A stretch of 64,000 nucleotides of DNA. Origin: Candidatus Saccharimonadota bacterium (lineage in GTDB: Bacteria; Patescibacteriota; Saccharimonadia; Saccharimonadales; OFTM59). Where the stretch lies: positions 7,985 through 71,984 of the forward strand of contig JAJDCL010000013.1 in NCBI GenBank assembly GCA_029260875.1, given 5' to 3'. Below, piece after piece: positions 17,698 to 27,353 of this stretch (position 1 is the stretch's first letter; the number at the start of each line of letters is the position of its first letter). A program made the position numbers and the translations under genes. The notes beneath the pieces are model-generated. The model did no database searches. It saw only the letters and a list, made by a program, of their open reading frames with translations, and had not been told where the DNA came from.

Positions 17698-18561
17698 TTA
17701 TAGATTAGAAGTTGCTGAGGCGCCTACACACTGTTCGCAATACTCGTTAGATGCGCAGGCCTGGCAGACCAAAACTAGACGGTTACAGGCTACGTTACTG
17801 CAATTTTCGTGGTTGCTTGTGGCGCCCCCACAATGCACGCACACGCCAACATCCTTGCTCAGCTCAGAAAATCCTACGTTTAATCGTTTATCAAATACAA
17901 AGCACTTGCCCTCCCAAAACCCGTCGTCTTTGAATTCCTGGCCATATTTAACTATCCCGCCGTCTAAGTGATAGACCTCCTCAAAACCTTTATGCTTCAT
18001 GTACGCACTAAGATATTCACAACGAACATCCCCGGTACAGTACGTAAGCACCGGCTTGTCCTTGGGGATTTTTGCAAGCTCAGATTTGATGTCCCGAAAG
18101 TTTTTGATCTTTGGTTTAATTACATTCTTGCCCTTAAAAGCGCCTATCTCGCTTTCATAATCATTGCGGGCATCTAGCACAATTGCGTCCGGGTGCTCCT
18201 GAAGATACTTGTGCCACGCTTTTGGTTTAAGACCTTTGGTGCTGTTAAATACATCAAAGCTCTCATCGGGGGCTAAGGTCACAAGCTCAGGGCGTAGCTT
18301 GATAGAAAGACGCGGAAAATCATCCCGCTCCCCATCGCTCCATTTGTACTGGGCCTTTTTAAAAAGTGGGTGCTTGTTCATGTCTCTGATGTACATTTTT
18401 ACATCCTGCATTTCACCGCCAATAGTACCGTTGATGCCTTGCTTGGCAACAATAATACGCCCTTTTAAGTTAAGCCTCTCGCACAAATTGCGCTGCCAGA
18501 ACATCACTGTCTCAGGGTCTGGTACTGGAACAAATTTGTAGTATAAAACAATCTTCTGCAT
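17698..18561 (-). CDS. trhO: rhodanese-domain protein TrhO/UPF0176 (tRNA U34 hydroxylase family)
   Basis: N-terminal IVLYYKF..., rhodanese loop YCTGDVRCE, C-terminal Cys cluster. TGGTATAAT box 7 nt before the ATG. Confidence 0.85.
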   Translation of the reverse strand: MQKIVLYYKFVPVPDPETVMFWQRNLCERLNLKGRIIVAKQGINGTIGGEMQDVKMYIRDMNKHPLFKKAQYKWSDGERDDFPRLSIKLRPELVTLAPDESFDVFNSTKGLKPKAWHKYLQEHPDAIVLDARNDYESEIGAFKGKNVIKPKIKNFRDIKSELAKIPKDKPVLTYCTGDVRCEYLSAYMKHKGFEEVYHLDGGIVKYGQEFKDDGFWEGKCFVFDKRLNVGFSELSKDVGVCVHCGGATSNHENCSNVACNRLVLVCQACASNEYCEQCVGASATSNL

Positions 18562-18626
18562 CCCAAATATTATACCAAACCACCCCTCTCTCTCAATTAT
18601 GTGACGGCCGTACTATAATTGAATAC

Positions 18627-19109
18627 ATGGCGAGAATAAATCAGTCAACAAAATATATCCTTGAAGCATTTATCCCCTATAGTAGGGCCAATCTGCAGCT
18701 GGCATTTAAGCCAGCAACCTTTTTCCGGGAGCTAGAAAAAATAAGCCACACCAAAAGGCGCACACTGCAAAGTGCATATTACCGCGCGATAAAAAGGGGC
18801 TTGTTGGTCATAGACGACACCGGCATACCTCGCTTAACAACTAAGGGGCGCCATAAGGTTAAGGCCTACAGCCCGTCTCGTCTTAGTAAGGGCGCCTGCA
18901 TAATTGTAGTTTTCGATATTCCTGAGAGCGAGCGTGCCAAGCGCTCTCATTTACGGGCATTGCTGCGCGAGCTTTCGTTTACAAAAGTTCAGCAAAGCGT
19001 GTGGATGTCCCGGTATGATCATCGTGAATATATAGCGATGGAGCTAAAAGAATACAGTCTAGAGAAAAATGTAGTTGTCTATGAAGCTCTTAAGCTCAAC
19101 ATCAAATAG
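18627..19109 (+). CDS. PaaX-like / Cas2-fold domain protein (wHTH N-terminus plus ferredoxin-like C-terminus)
   Basis: The C-terminal half, ..CIIVVFDIPESERAKRSHLRALLRELSFTKVQQSVWMSRYD.., follows the (V/I)xFDIPE..R..R..LR..L...GF..LQ.SVW pattern shared by the PaaX C-terminal domain and Cas2-like proteins. It is a lone plus-strand gene in a minus-strand run. Confidence 0.55.
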   Translation: MARINQSTKYILEAFIPYSRANLQLAFKPATFFRELEKISHTKRRTLQSAYYRAIKRGLLVIDDTGIPRLTTKGRHKVKAYSPSRLSKGACIIVVFDIPESERAKRSHLRALLRELSFTKVQQSVWMSRYDHREYIAMELKEYSLEKNVVVYEALKLNIK

Positions 19110-19231
19110 TTTCAATATTGAGCCGGCCGTCATGTTTTTGAATATGTGTTTATTGGGTTGAGGGGCGTGGGGGGTAAGATGGTTGGGATAAGAGAGGTGT
19201 GTGGTTTTGTGAGGTGGTTTTTTATTATCCG

Positions 19232-19260
19232 TTGACAACAGTGGTATAATTGTTGATATT
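19232..19260 (+). promoter_or_regulatory. promoter(s) for the ABC exporter leader
   Basis: TTGACA (19232-37), 17 nt, GATATT (19255-60). An overlapping extended -10, TGgTATAAT, lies at 19242-50. It is about 150 nt upstream of the exporter ATG. Confidence 0.5.
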
Positions 19261-19289
19261 ATTACAAACCTAAGGAAAGGGCGGCTGCA

Positions 19290-19358
19290 ATGCCTCAGTT
19301 AACTCGATTTTTTACGATTTGTCATAGTAGCCGTCCGACTAGTGTTTTAGCCTCTTAA
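19290..19358 (+). CDS. candidate 22-codon leader peptide (MPQLTRFFTICHSSRPTSVLAS)
   Basis: Found by hand. AAGGAAAGG lies 8 nt before the ATG. It sits inside the exporter leader between the promoter and the SD hairpin. Confidence 0.3.
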   Translation: MPQLTRFFTICHSSRPTSVLAS

Positions 19359-19411
19359 TAAAAACTTAGTAATATTTTCTAACCTAAGCGCGGAGCAAGG
19401 AGGCTCCCGCC

Positions 19412-21193
19412 ATGAATAATGACCGTAATGTCCGCGCAATTAGACTTGCAATTAAACACTATTGGCAACAAATAAAGCTTGACTGGAAAGTTGTCCTACC
19501 GGGCTTGTTGTTGCCAGGTATAGGTAGTGCATTGATATTTTATGTTCCGCCTATTGTTGTTGCTAAGTTACTTAATTTTCTAAGTATGAAACCTGCGTTT
19601 GAGCTTAAGGAGCTGCTGCCATATGTAGGTGCGTTTTCGGCGTCCTGGCTTCTTGGTGAACTGTTTTGGAGGGTTGGCGAGCATCTTGTTATAAAAGGCG
19701 AAGCTCGCGGTATACGAAGGCTTTCAGTTAATGCAATGGGGTATTTGTTTGAAAAAGACTTGGGTTTTTACAATGACAATTTTGCAGGCTCGCTGACGAA
19801 AAAAGTTACTGGCTACGCTCAAAACTACTTAAGGATGATGGATATATTGCTTTACAACATCAGCTCGCGGTTTGTGCCATTATTTTTCGTGATTTATGTG
19901 CTTGCCCGCTTTTCGCCCTGGCTTGTGGTTGCTCTTCTTGGAATGATTTCAATAACAATCGTTATTGTGTTGCCGTTGATCAGGCACCGCCAGAAGCTTG
20001 TTACGGCCCGGGAAACAGCCAGCAATGCTTTGGCGGGTAATGTTGCTGATACTATAGCCAACATAGCAGCTGTTAAAACATTTGCGCATGAGTCAGATGA
20101 GCTGCGCCGTCATAAAGCTAACAGTGAAGACTATGTAAGTAAAATGAAAAGGTCGTGGGACTATCAAAATCTGCATATCAATACGATTATTTCTCCACTA
20201 TTTGCTTTGACCAACGCAATAGGCTTGGTGCTAGCCTTATGGTTAAGCCGGGGCAGCGCCGATGCAATTGAAGTTGTGGTGGTTACTTTCAGTTATTTTA
20301 CGCTCGTCACTCGCTTCATGTGGGAGTTTAATATGATTTACCGCAACATTGAAACCACTCTTACTGAAGCTGCTCAGTACACAGAGCTGATATTAAATGA
20401 GCCACGATTGAGAGATGCTCCACACTCCAAGCCCATAGACATAACTACAGGCGACATTGAATTTAAGAATATTGTTTTCCGTTATCACGACAATGCTGGC
20501 AATCATCTGTTCAGTAAGTTTAATCTGAGCGTTAAAAGTGGGGAAAAAATTGGCCTGGTAGGGCATTCTGGTGGCGGCAAAACAACACTTACAAAGCTTT
20601 TGCTTAGATTAATGGATATTGATTCGGGCGAAATCCTGATTGATGGGCACAACATTGCATCGATTCGCCAGCATGATCTTAGACGTCATATCACCTATGT
20701 GCCCCAAGAGCCGTTGTTATTCCATAGGTCATTAACCGACAATATCCGTTACGGCAACCCTGACGCTTCTTCAGAGCAAATTATCAGAGCAGCCAAGTTG
20801 GCCCATGCTGATGAATTTATTGGGCAATTAGCAAAAAAATACGACACGCTAGTTGGAGAGCGGGGCGTTAAGCTATCCGGCGGCCAGCGCCAACGGATAG
20901 CTATCGCACGTGCCATGCTCAAGAAAGCGCCCATACTGCTGCTTGATGAAGCCACAAGCGCGCTCGACTCGGAAAGCGAAGCACTAATTCAGGACGCGCT
21001 TTGGAAGCTGATGGAAGGTAAAACAGCCGTAGTTATAGCCCACCGCTTAAGCACTATTCAAAAAATGGATCGTATTATTGTTCTTGAGGAAGGGAAAATT
21101 GCAGAGGAAGGCAACCATAAAGAACTTCTGGCAAAAAACGGCAGGTATGCGCGTTTGTGGGATCATCAATCAGGTGGATTCTTAGCGGACTAA
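19412..21193 (+). CDS. ABC exporter, fused permease-ATPase (MsbA/type I exporter-like)
   Basis: Six-TM N-terminal half. Walker A GHSGGGKTTL, signature LSGGQRQRIAIARA, Walker B LLLDEATSALD. SD AAGGAGG. Confidence 0.9.
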   Translation: MNNDRNVRAIRLAIKHYWQQIKLDWKVVLPGLLLPGIGSALIFYVPPIVVAKLLNFLSMKPAFELKELLPYVGAFSASWLLGELFWRVGEHLVIKGEARGIRRLSVNAMGYLFEKDLGFYNDNFAGSLTKKVTGYAQNYLRMMDILLYNISSRFVPLFFVIYVLARFSPWLVVALLGMISITIVIVLPLIRHRQKLVTARETASNALAGNVADTIANIAAVKTFAHESDELRRHKANSEDYVSKMKRSWDYQNLHINTIISPLFALTNAIGLVLALWLSRGSADAIEVVVVTFSYFTLVTRFMWEFNMIYRNIETTLTEAAQYTELILNEPRLRDAPHSKPIDITTGDIEFKNIVFRYHDNAGNHLFSKFNLSVKSGEKIGLVGHSGGGKTTLTKLLLRLMDIDSGEILIDGHNIASIRQHDLRRHITYVPQEPLLFHRSLTDNIRYGNPDASSEQIIRAAKLAHADEFIGQLAKKYDTLVGERGVKLSGGQRQRIAIARAMLKKAPILLLDEATSALDSESEALIQDALWKLMEGKTAVVIAHRLSTIQKMDRIIVLEEGKIAEEGNHKELLAKNGRYARLWDHQSGGFLAD

Positions 21194-21236
21194 TAGCCGT
21201 AACGGCTGTCTCAGACTTTGTGTAGCTGTAGTAAGA

Positions 21237-21971
21237 TTACTCGCCCTTGGGTTCTGCTTGTTTGTTGCCACCTGGCTGGTCTTCTGTGGTCTGCGGCTCT
21301 TTCTCGGTGTCGGCTCCGTGTTCTGACTCAACATCTTCGGTTTCATCAGCAGTTTGTTCTGCAAGTTCAGCTGCTGCAGCGTTAGCTTCTGCTTCTTGGT
21401 CTTTTGGCATCTCTACTACCGCAAGTTGAGTTTCAGGGTCGGTAAGTACCGTAACACCAACGGGAACCTTTAGGTCAGCAACCGTAAGGTGATCCCCAAC
21501 CTCTGCCAGACTAGACGGGTCAACCAAGATCTCATCCGGTAAGTCTTTTGGCAGCGCTTTTACCTCAACATGGTCAAGCTGCTGCAAGACCATCAAGCTT
21601 AGCTTTTCGGCCGGGATCTCAACTTCCATAAATTCAACCGGGATTTCAGCCTCTACAGCTTCATTCTGTCTTATAGCCTGAAAAACCATATGGCGCATGT
21701 TTCGCTTGGCTGGCTCATAGTTCACATCCTTAATCAGTGCCAGGTACTGTTTAGATCCAACCTTTAATTCTACTGGGTGATGCTTGCCCGCAGCCACATA
21801 TGCCTTGCTCAAGGTTGTGTAGTCCCCTGATACATGGATTGAAGGGTTGCCGTGGTCGTGTATAACCGCAGGCACCAAATTCCTTGCTCGCAAACTTTGC
21901 AAACCCTTGCCCACAATTGCTCGTTCTACTAACTCAATACCGATACTGTCGCTGGACATGTGTTCCTCCAA
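21237..21971 (-). CDS. rplY: 50S ribosomal protein L25 / Ctc form with acidic C-terminal tail
   Basis: ..RARNLVPAVIHDHGNPSIHVSGDYTTL...HHPVELKVGSKQYLALIKDVNYEP..RNMRHMVFQAI.. then a Glu/Ala/Thr-rich tail. The start may be the second Met (MSSDS). Confidence 0.85.
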   Translation of the reverse strand: MEEHMSSDSIGIELVERAIVGKGLQSLRARNLVPAVIHDHGNPSIHVSGDYTTLSKAYVAAGKHHPVELKVGSKQYLALIKDVNYEPAKRNMRHMVFQAIRQNEAVEAEIPVEFMEVEIPAEKLSLMVLQQLDHVEVKALPKDLPDEILVDPSSLAEVGDHLTVADLKVPVGVTVLTDPETQLAVVEMPKDQEAEANAAAAELAEQTADETEDVESEHGADTEKEPQTTEDQPGGNKQAEPKGE

Positions 21972-22015
21972 ATTTTCTGTTTCCTTATTATAGCAAACAA
22001 GTTAACCTTATAGGT

Positions 22016-22669
22016 ATGTTTGATGTTGGACATCTAATACAGGCCGGTGGCATTTTACTAATCGCCATGATTGTTTTTGCTGAATCGGGCTTATTGATTG
22101 GTTTTTTTCTCCCGGGCGATTCACTTCTATTTGGCGCAGGTTTAGCAGCTTCACAGGGGCGGTTTTCGCTTATGGCTTTGATTCTGGCGGTTATTGTGGC
22201 AGCTATAATCGGAGATAACGTTGGCTATAGTATTGGGCGGCGTGCAGGCCCCCGCCTTTTTCGCCGTAAAGATAGTTTGTTTTTCCGTCAAGAGTATCTT
22301 GAACAAGCAGAGACTTTTTATAAACGTCATGGGGGCAAGACTATAGTCCTCGCCCGCTTTACTCCAATTGTTAGGACCTTTGCGCCAGTTGTTGCTGGCG
22401 CAAGCAAAATGCCTCGTAAGCGTTTTTTATTCTTCAACGTAGTCGGTGGCATAGTGTGGGGGGCTGGCTTGCCGATGTTAGGATATTGGGTAGGTGGCAG
22501 AATCCCCCACCTAGACCAGTACATTGAGGTGGTTATGGTTGGAGTCATAGTCGCTAGTTTTGGGCTAGCTTTGTACCACCTACTTAAAGAAAAGGAAACG
22601 CGCCAACGCGTCGTAAATAAGGTTCGCCTTATAGTTCGTAATATTTTTCTTAACAAGAACATTGATTAA
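22016..22669 (+). CDS. DedA/VTT-domain membrane protein
   Basis: The track ORF 21884.. overlaps rplY. The in-frame ATG at 22016 gives MFDVGHLIQAGGILLIAMIVFAESGLLIGFFLPGDSLLFGAGL.., a typical DedA N-terminus. Confidence 0.85.
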   Translation: MFDVGHLIQAGGILLIAMIVFAESGLLIGFFLPGDSLLFGAGLAASQGRFSLMALILAVIVAAIIGDNVGYSIGRRAGPRLFRRKDSLFFRQEYLEQAETFYKRHGGKTIVLARFTPIVRTFAPVVAGASKMPRKRFLFFNVVGGIVWGAGLPMLGYWVGGRIPHLDQYIEVVMVGVIVASFGLALYHLLKEKETRQRVVNKVRLIVRNIFLNKNID

Positions 22670-22740
22670 GCTAGGCCAAAAGCGCCTGCGAAACGCGCGG
22701 TCAACTGCGTGGATGAATTTACTGACGAGACAGCCCGCAG

Positions 22741-25551
22741 CTACAGGCTTTTTCTAAGAAATAACCCCGTGTAACTTTTGGAATTTTTAGCAACAGCCTC
22801 TGGCGTACCTTCAGCAACAATCTGGCCGCCTGCAGCTCCACCCTCTGGACCCATGTCTATAATGTGATCCGCATTTTTTATAACATCAATGTTGTGCTCA
22901 ATCACTATCATGCTATTCCCCGCATCTACTAGGGCGTGCAGCACACTCAACAGCTTATCTACGTCAGCTATGTGAAGGCCGGTCGTAGGTTCGTCAAGAA
23001 TATAAAGCGTGCGACCAGTAGGACGGCGCGATAGCTCCGTAGCCAACTTAACACGTTGAGCCTCTCCGCCAGATAATGTGGTGGCGGATTGTCCGAGTGT
23101 AATATAGCCGAGGCCGACATCTACTAAAGTTTGCAGTTTCCGGGCGATTGCCGGAATGTTGCCAAAGAATTCGGATGCAGTTTCGCAGGTCATTTCAAGG
23201 ATGTCACTGATTGTTTTGCCCTTATAATGAATCTCTAAAGCTTCGCGGTTATAGCGCTTGCCTTTGCATATATCGCACGACACATAAACATCGGGCAAAA
23301 AGTGCATCTCTATTTTTATAATGCCATCGCCGGCACAGTTTTCGCAGCGGCCGCCACGAACATTAAAGCTGAACCTGCCTGGGCCATAACCGCGAACCTT
23401 TGCCTCTGGCACGCTAGAGAATAATTCCCGGATTGGGGTAAACAGACCGGTGTAAGTTGCGGGGTTTGATCGTGGCGTACGACCGATTGGTGACTGGTCA
23501 ATAATAATAGCCTTGTCAAGATACTTAATACCCTCAATGTCTTCGTGACGGCCAGGCACGGTGTTCGCACGCATCAGCCTTGCCGATAACTCTCTCGCTA
23601 AAATGTCATTAATCAAAGACGACTTACCTGAGCCGGACACACCGCTCACTACCACCAATTTGCCAAGAGGTATACTGACTGTTACGTCTTTTAGGTTGTT
23701 CTCTTTCGCGCCACGGATAATAAGTTCTTTGTCGCTTCCTGATCGCCGCTTTTTCGGCACAGGAATACTTTTTTCGCCGCGTAAATATTGCCCAGTTATG
23801 CTGTCTTTAGACTTAGCTACTTCGTCTGGCTTGCCTTCGGCGACGATTTTGCCGCCGTGTATACCCGCCCCGGGCCCCATATCTATAAGATAGTCGGCAG
23901 TGCGGATCGTTTCTTCATCGTGCTCAACTACAATAACAGTATTCCCCAGATCTCGGAGGTGCTTAAGCGTACGGATTAAGCGCTCGTTATCGCGTTGATG
24001 CAGTCCGATGCTAGGCTCGTCCAGGACGTATAAGACTCCTTGCAGTCCAGAGCCAATCTGAGTCGCCAAACGTATTCGTTGCGCCTCACCACCAGATAGT
24101 GTTACTGCGCTGCGCGCCAGATTTAAGTAGTTAAGACCAACGTTTTGCAAAAAGGTTAAGCGCGCTCGGATCTCTTTAAAAATTTGGCTGGCAATTTGTG
24201 TTTCCGTTTTATTGAGCCGAAGACCATCAAAAAACTCAATCGCCTCGTCAATACTTAGTTCACAAATGTCTATGATTGAGAGGTCAGCAACCGTGATTGC
24301 TAGGACTTCCGGTCGGAGGCGACGACCGTTGCATTGATGGCAAGGTCGTTCGCGCATAAAGCGCTCTATGTCACGGCGCATAAAATCACTGTCCGTTTCT
24401 TTGTGACGACGTTCAAGATTTGGGATGACGCCCTCATATGTGGTCTCAAACGAGCGCCCCATGCTTAGGCTAACCTTGTATTTCTCGTTACCCGTCCCGT
24501 AGAGAATCATGTCCAGCTCCTGTTGTTTGAGTTCGCTTGTGGGCACACTTAAGCTAAATCCGTACTTATCAGCTACCGCTTGCATTTTTTTCATATACCA
24601 AGCGTCCGCATTGACGCGGTTGAAGGGCCGTATAGCTCCTTCGCTAATCGTTAATCGTCCGTTAGGGATAACTAGTTCCGGGTCAACCTCCATGCGCGAT
24701 CCCAGCCCCGTGCAGACAGGACAAGCGCCATGAGGGCTGTTGAAGCTGAACGTTCTAGGCTCAAGCTCTGGTATAACCACATCCGGGTGATCCATACAGG
24801 CATACATTAAACTATAAACAAACTCTTCGCTGGTATCAGCGTTAACAACTTTTAGCCGTCCGTCAGCTATATCCAGCGACTGCTCAATTGACTGAGTCAC
24901 GCGACCCCTAGCTTCTTCGTTATTCACTAGGCGGTCCACGACTAGGTCAATCGTGTGTTTGTATTTCTTATCTAGTTCGGGGAACTCGTCAAGCGCATAA
25001 ACCACACCGTCAACGCGCACGCGGGCAAAACCTGCGCGCTGATACTGCTCCGGTATATGTTCAAACGCACCTTTTTTATCAACTACTATTGGCGCCAATA
25101 TCATGAGGCGGGCATCTTTAGGTAATGAAGAAACTTGATCAACTATGGCGGTTGATGTCTGGCGAACCACCGGACGGCCGCACACCGGACAATGAGGTAT
25201 GCCTATACGAGCAAACAACAATCGGAGATAATCATATATCTCTGTGACGGTCGCAACTGTGCTGCGCGGGTTGCGGGAGGTTGACTTTTGATCAATGCTG
25301 ATTGCCGGACTAAGACCGTCAATCTGATCAACATTCGGCTTTTCCATAAGTCCCAAGAATTGGCGGGCATAGCTACTCAGAGATTCAACATAACGCCTTT
25401 GGCCTTCGGCATAAATTGTATCGAATGCTAAAGACGATTTGCCCGAACCCGAAAGCCCGGTGATAACAACCAGCTTGCCACGCGGAATCTCAACATTAAC
25501 ATTCTTGAGGTTGTGTTCACGTGCCCCCTGTACCTTAATAACGTCTCCCAT
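22741..25551 (-). CDS. uvrA: excinuclease ABC subunit A
   Basis: 936 aa. Two ABC modules ([23 protein letters not shown]; [11 protein letters not shown]), zinc modules, two LSGGE signatures. Confidence 0.97.
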   Translation of the reverse strand: MGDVIKVQGAREHNLKNVNVEIPRGKLVVITGLSGSGKSSLAFDTIYAEGQRRYVESLSSYARQFLGLMEKPNVDQIDGLSPAISIDQKSTSRNPRSTVATVTEIYDYLRLLFARIGIPHCPVCGRPVVRQTSTAIVDQVSSLPKDARLMILAPIVVDKKGAFEHIPEQYQRAGFARVRVDGVVYALDEFPELDKKYKHTIDLVVDRLVNNEEARGRVTQSIEQSLDIADGRLKVVNADTSEEFVYSLMYACMDHPDVVIPELEPRTFSFNSPHGACPVCTGLGSRMEVDPELVIPNGRLTISEGAIRPFNRVNADAWYMKKMQAVADKYGFSLSVPTSELKQQELDMILYGTGNEKYKVSLSMGRSFETTYEGVIPNLERRHKETDSDFMRRDIERFMRERPCHQCNGRRLRPEVLAITVADLSIIDICELSIDEAIEFFDGLRLNKTETQIASQIFKEIRARLTFLQNVGLNYLNLARSAVTLSGGEAQRIRLATQIGSGLQGVLYVLDEPSIGLHQRDNERLIRTLKHLRDLGNTVIVVEHDEETIRTADYLIDMGPGAGIHGGKIVAEGKPDEVAKSKDSITGQYLRGEKSIPVPKKRRSGSDKELIIRGAKENNLKDVTVSIPLGKLVVVSGVSGSGKSSLINDILARELSARLMRANTVPGRHEDIEGIKYLDKAIIIDQSPIGRTPRSNPATYTGLFTPIRELFSSVPEAKVRGYGPGRFSFNVRGGRCENCAGDGIIKIEMHFLPDVYVSCDICKGKRYNREALEIHYKGKTISDILEMTCETASEFFGNIPAIARKLQTLVDVGLGYITLGQSATTLSGGEAQRVKLATELSRRPTGRTLYILDEPTTGLHIADVDKLLSVLHALVDAGNSMIVIEHNIDVIKNADHIIDMGPEGGAAGGQIVAEGTPEAVAKNSKSYTGLFLRKSL

Positions 25552-25599
25552 AAACCTCCTTTGGAATCAGGAGAGTATAGCAAAAAACAGGGTAAAAAT

Positions 25600-26352
25600 C
25601 TAGTTGTCATAACGAGGACCTGGAATGTACGGCCCCGCAAGAAGGGCATCGTTTTCTGGCATGGTCGCAGGCTTAGGACCTTCGTCAGGTTTAGGGGGAG
25701 ATATCTCTGCAAGTCCACCAAAATGTAGTAGTCCGGGGATTCTGAACGGTAATATTTTTTCTAGTGTAGCTGGTTCGGTGTCGCTTATAGTCCAGCTATC
25801 AATAGTGCCTATGGATACGTGCGGTCTAGAAGCGACTCCACCGAATTTTTTCAGACCAGGGTAACCCCGAGTCCCTAAAATATCATTAATAGCATCCTGT
25901 TCCTGAGTTATGACCGACGCTGATTTTTCAGTAAAGACTATGCCTAGTGACATCCATCTGGCGCCGCGATTTTTGGAAAATAGACCGAGTTCTGAGGTTT
26001 CAAGGTCAATAGGCTGGCCACCTAAACCATAATCGTCTAACAAAAGTTTACATATAATTTGGCTAGTTAGGGGTTCGTCCCCGGGACGCCGTCTCCTAAA
26101 AAGAGCGTCAGGATACTCGCTTATACCGGCTACGGTTACACCCATCGAGCTTGGCGTGAACCCTTTACCGTTATAGTAACCTCCTAGTCTTTTACCAAGC
26201 TCAGCTTGGAATAAGTTCACAGGAGAGTCGTCTGGCGCTATGATTTTATGACGCAAAGAATAAATCCCGATATTTATCGCTTGCACTTTTCGGCTCGGTT
26301 TTTTGGCTACAGCTTCACCTTCATGCGTTTGACGATTGTTTTTACGTGACAT
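25600..26352 (-). CDS. hypothetical protein (basic N-terminus, Pro-rich C-terminus)
   Basis: 250 aa, long clean ORF. It has a single HxSx-like motif (RPHVSIG), but I could not find the second 2H-phosphoesterase motif, so no family is assigned. Confidence 0.6.
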   Translation of the reverse strand: MSRKNNRQTHEGEAVAKKPSRKVQAINIGIYSLRHKIIAPDDSPVNLFQAELGKRLGGYYNGKGFTPSSMGVTVAGISEYPDALFRRRRPGDEPLTSQIICKLLLDDYGLGGQPIDLETSELGLFSKNRGARWMSLGIVFTEKSASVITQEQDAINDILGTRGYPGLKKFGGVASRPHVSIGTIDSWTISDTEPATLEKILPFRIPGLLHFGGLAEISPPKPDEGPKPATMPENDALLAGPYIPGPRYDN

Positions 26353-26660
26353 GGTTTACGTTTTTATCAAAACTAACAAAAGTTTTAAATTTTTGATTGT
26401 ATTGACCCTCTCACCACCATTTTGTTTTTACACTCTTGTCTTATTGTTATTTTAGCAGTTTGTGTTTCGGGCTGCTAGGTTTTTTGTGTTAGGCTTGTTC
26501 GTGTTAGCGATATTTAAGTCTCGGTTCAGAGTCAAGAAAGTTTTTTATAGTTAAGCCTCTGCCCATTTTGGGTGGCAATCTTTGAACTCCGGGACTGTGA
26601 AGTGATGCACCCTGGAAGCTATATAGACGGTAAATCATAAGGTAAAGGTATAGTATAAAC

Positions 26661-27080
26661 ATGCGGCATATACGACAGATTATTTTAGACGGTCTTGGGA
26701 TACTGCTAATCCTGGCATCTCCGTTTCTTGGTGTACTGCCTGGCCCGGGTGGAATTTTGGTGTTCGCAGCGGGGCTGTGGCTATTAGGCCATAATCATGG
26801 TTGGGCGAAGAGATGGCTGGAAAAGACAAAGCAAAAAAGCCTAAATTTAGTTGACGTCTTTTTCGTAAACAACCCGTTAGTTCAAGCGCTTTATGATCTT
26901 GTGGCTGTTATATTAGTAATACTTGGCGTATATATCTTAGATACACGCAGCGGCACCATACCACTTACTATTGCAAGTCTCTTAAATGTTATTGGTATAA
27001 GTTTAATTCTTGGCAATCGTAGGCGGCTTCTGCGCTTAGCAAAGTTTCTGGCCAATCTAAATAGTTCCAAAAAAGATTAA
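26661..27080 (+). CDS. PGPGW-motif transmembrane protein
   Basis: ..LASPFLGVLPGPGGILVFAAGLWLLG.. matches the PGPGW family signature. TATAGT box 6 nt before the ATG (leaderless candidate). Confidence 0.7.
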   Translation: MRHIRQIILDGLGILLILASPFLGVLPGPGGILVFAAGLWLLGHNHGWAKRWLEKTKQKSLNLVDVFFVNNPLVQALYDLVAVILVILGVYILDTRSGTIPLTIASLLNVIGISLILGNRRRLLRLAKFLANLNSSKKD

Positions 27081-27125
27081 TAGCACAAGCATCTAAACAC
27101 TCTTATTGTATTATATTCAATAATT

Positions 27126-27353
27126 GTGTATGATATGTTTATTAAGGATGTTGGCTGTATGCTAGAGTTCATCGTTTTGGGCCAGGTGCCCGGGACAAAT
27201 ATTCAACTTACATTTATTCAGGTGCTGCTTGTGTCTGAACTGTATATGATGGTGTTGCTGGCGTTACACGAGATAAACCTACGGCGTAATATAGTGCTGA
27301 GACTGGGTGGTACAAAAATCCTAAGTGTGGCTATTCGGAACCTAAAGGCATAA
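27126..27353 (+). CDS. possible small membrane protein
   Basis: 75 aa (or 64 aa from MLEFIVLGQVPGTNIQLTF..). Hydrophobic. Its 3' end overlaps the convergent sbcB by 23 nt. No motif recognised. Confidence 0.35.
   Translation: MYDMFIKDVGCMLEFIVLGQVPGTNIQLTFIQVLLVSELYMMVLLALHEINLRRNIVLRLGGTKILSVAIRNLKA

Noticed and set aside
18627-19109. Possible sign of a CRISPR-Cas system (Cas2-like fold)
   Set aside because: There is no repeat-spacer array and no cas1 or effector gene anywhere in the 64 kb. The motif is equally typical of PaaX-type regulators, so no CRISPR feature is reported.
21182-21429. ORFs 21182..21364 (minus) and 21247..21429 (plus) near the rplY 3' end
   Set aside because: Both overlap the acidic, repetitive tail-coding region of rplY in other frames or on the other strand. 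Their reading frames stay open because of the biased composition.
25428-25728. ORFs 25428..25721 (minus) and 25513..25728 (plus) spanning the uvrA start and the end of the downstream gene
   Set aside because: They overlap the well-supported uvrA N-terminus and the C-terminus of the 250-aa gene in other frames. No signals were seen and the composition is basic and low-complexity.
26461-26510. Repeated GTGTTAG / TGTGTT motifs in the T-rich 308-nt region upstream of 25600..26352
   Set aside because: There are only two exact 7-mers 15 nt apart in a low-complexity T/G-rich stretch. This is easily chance and there is no palindromic operator structure.
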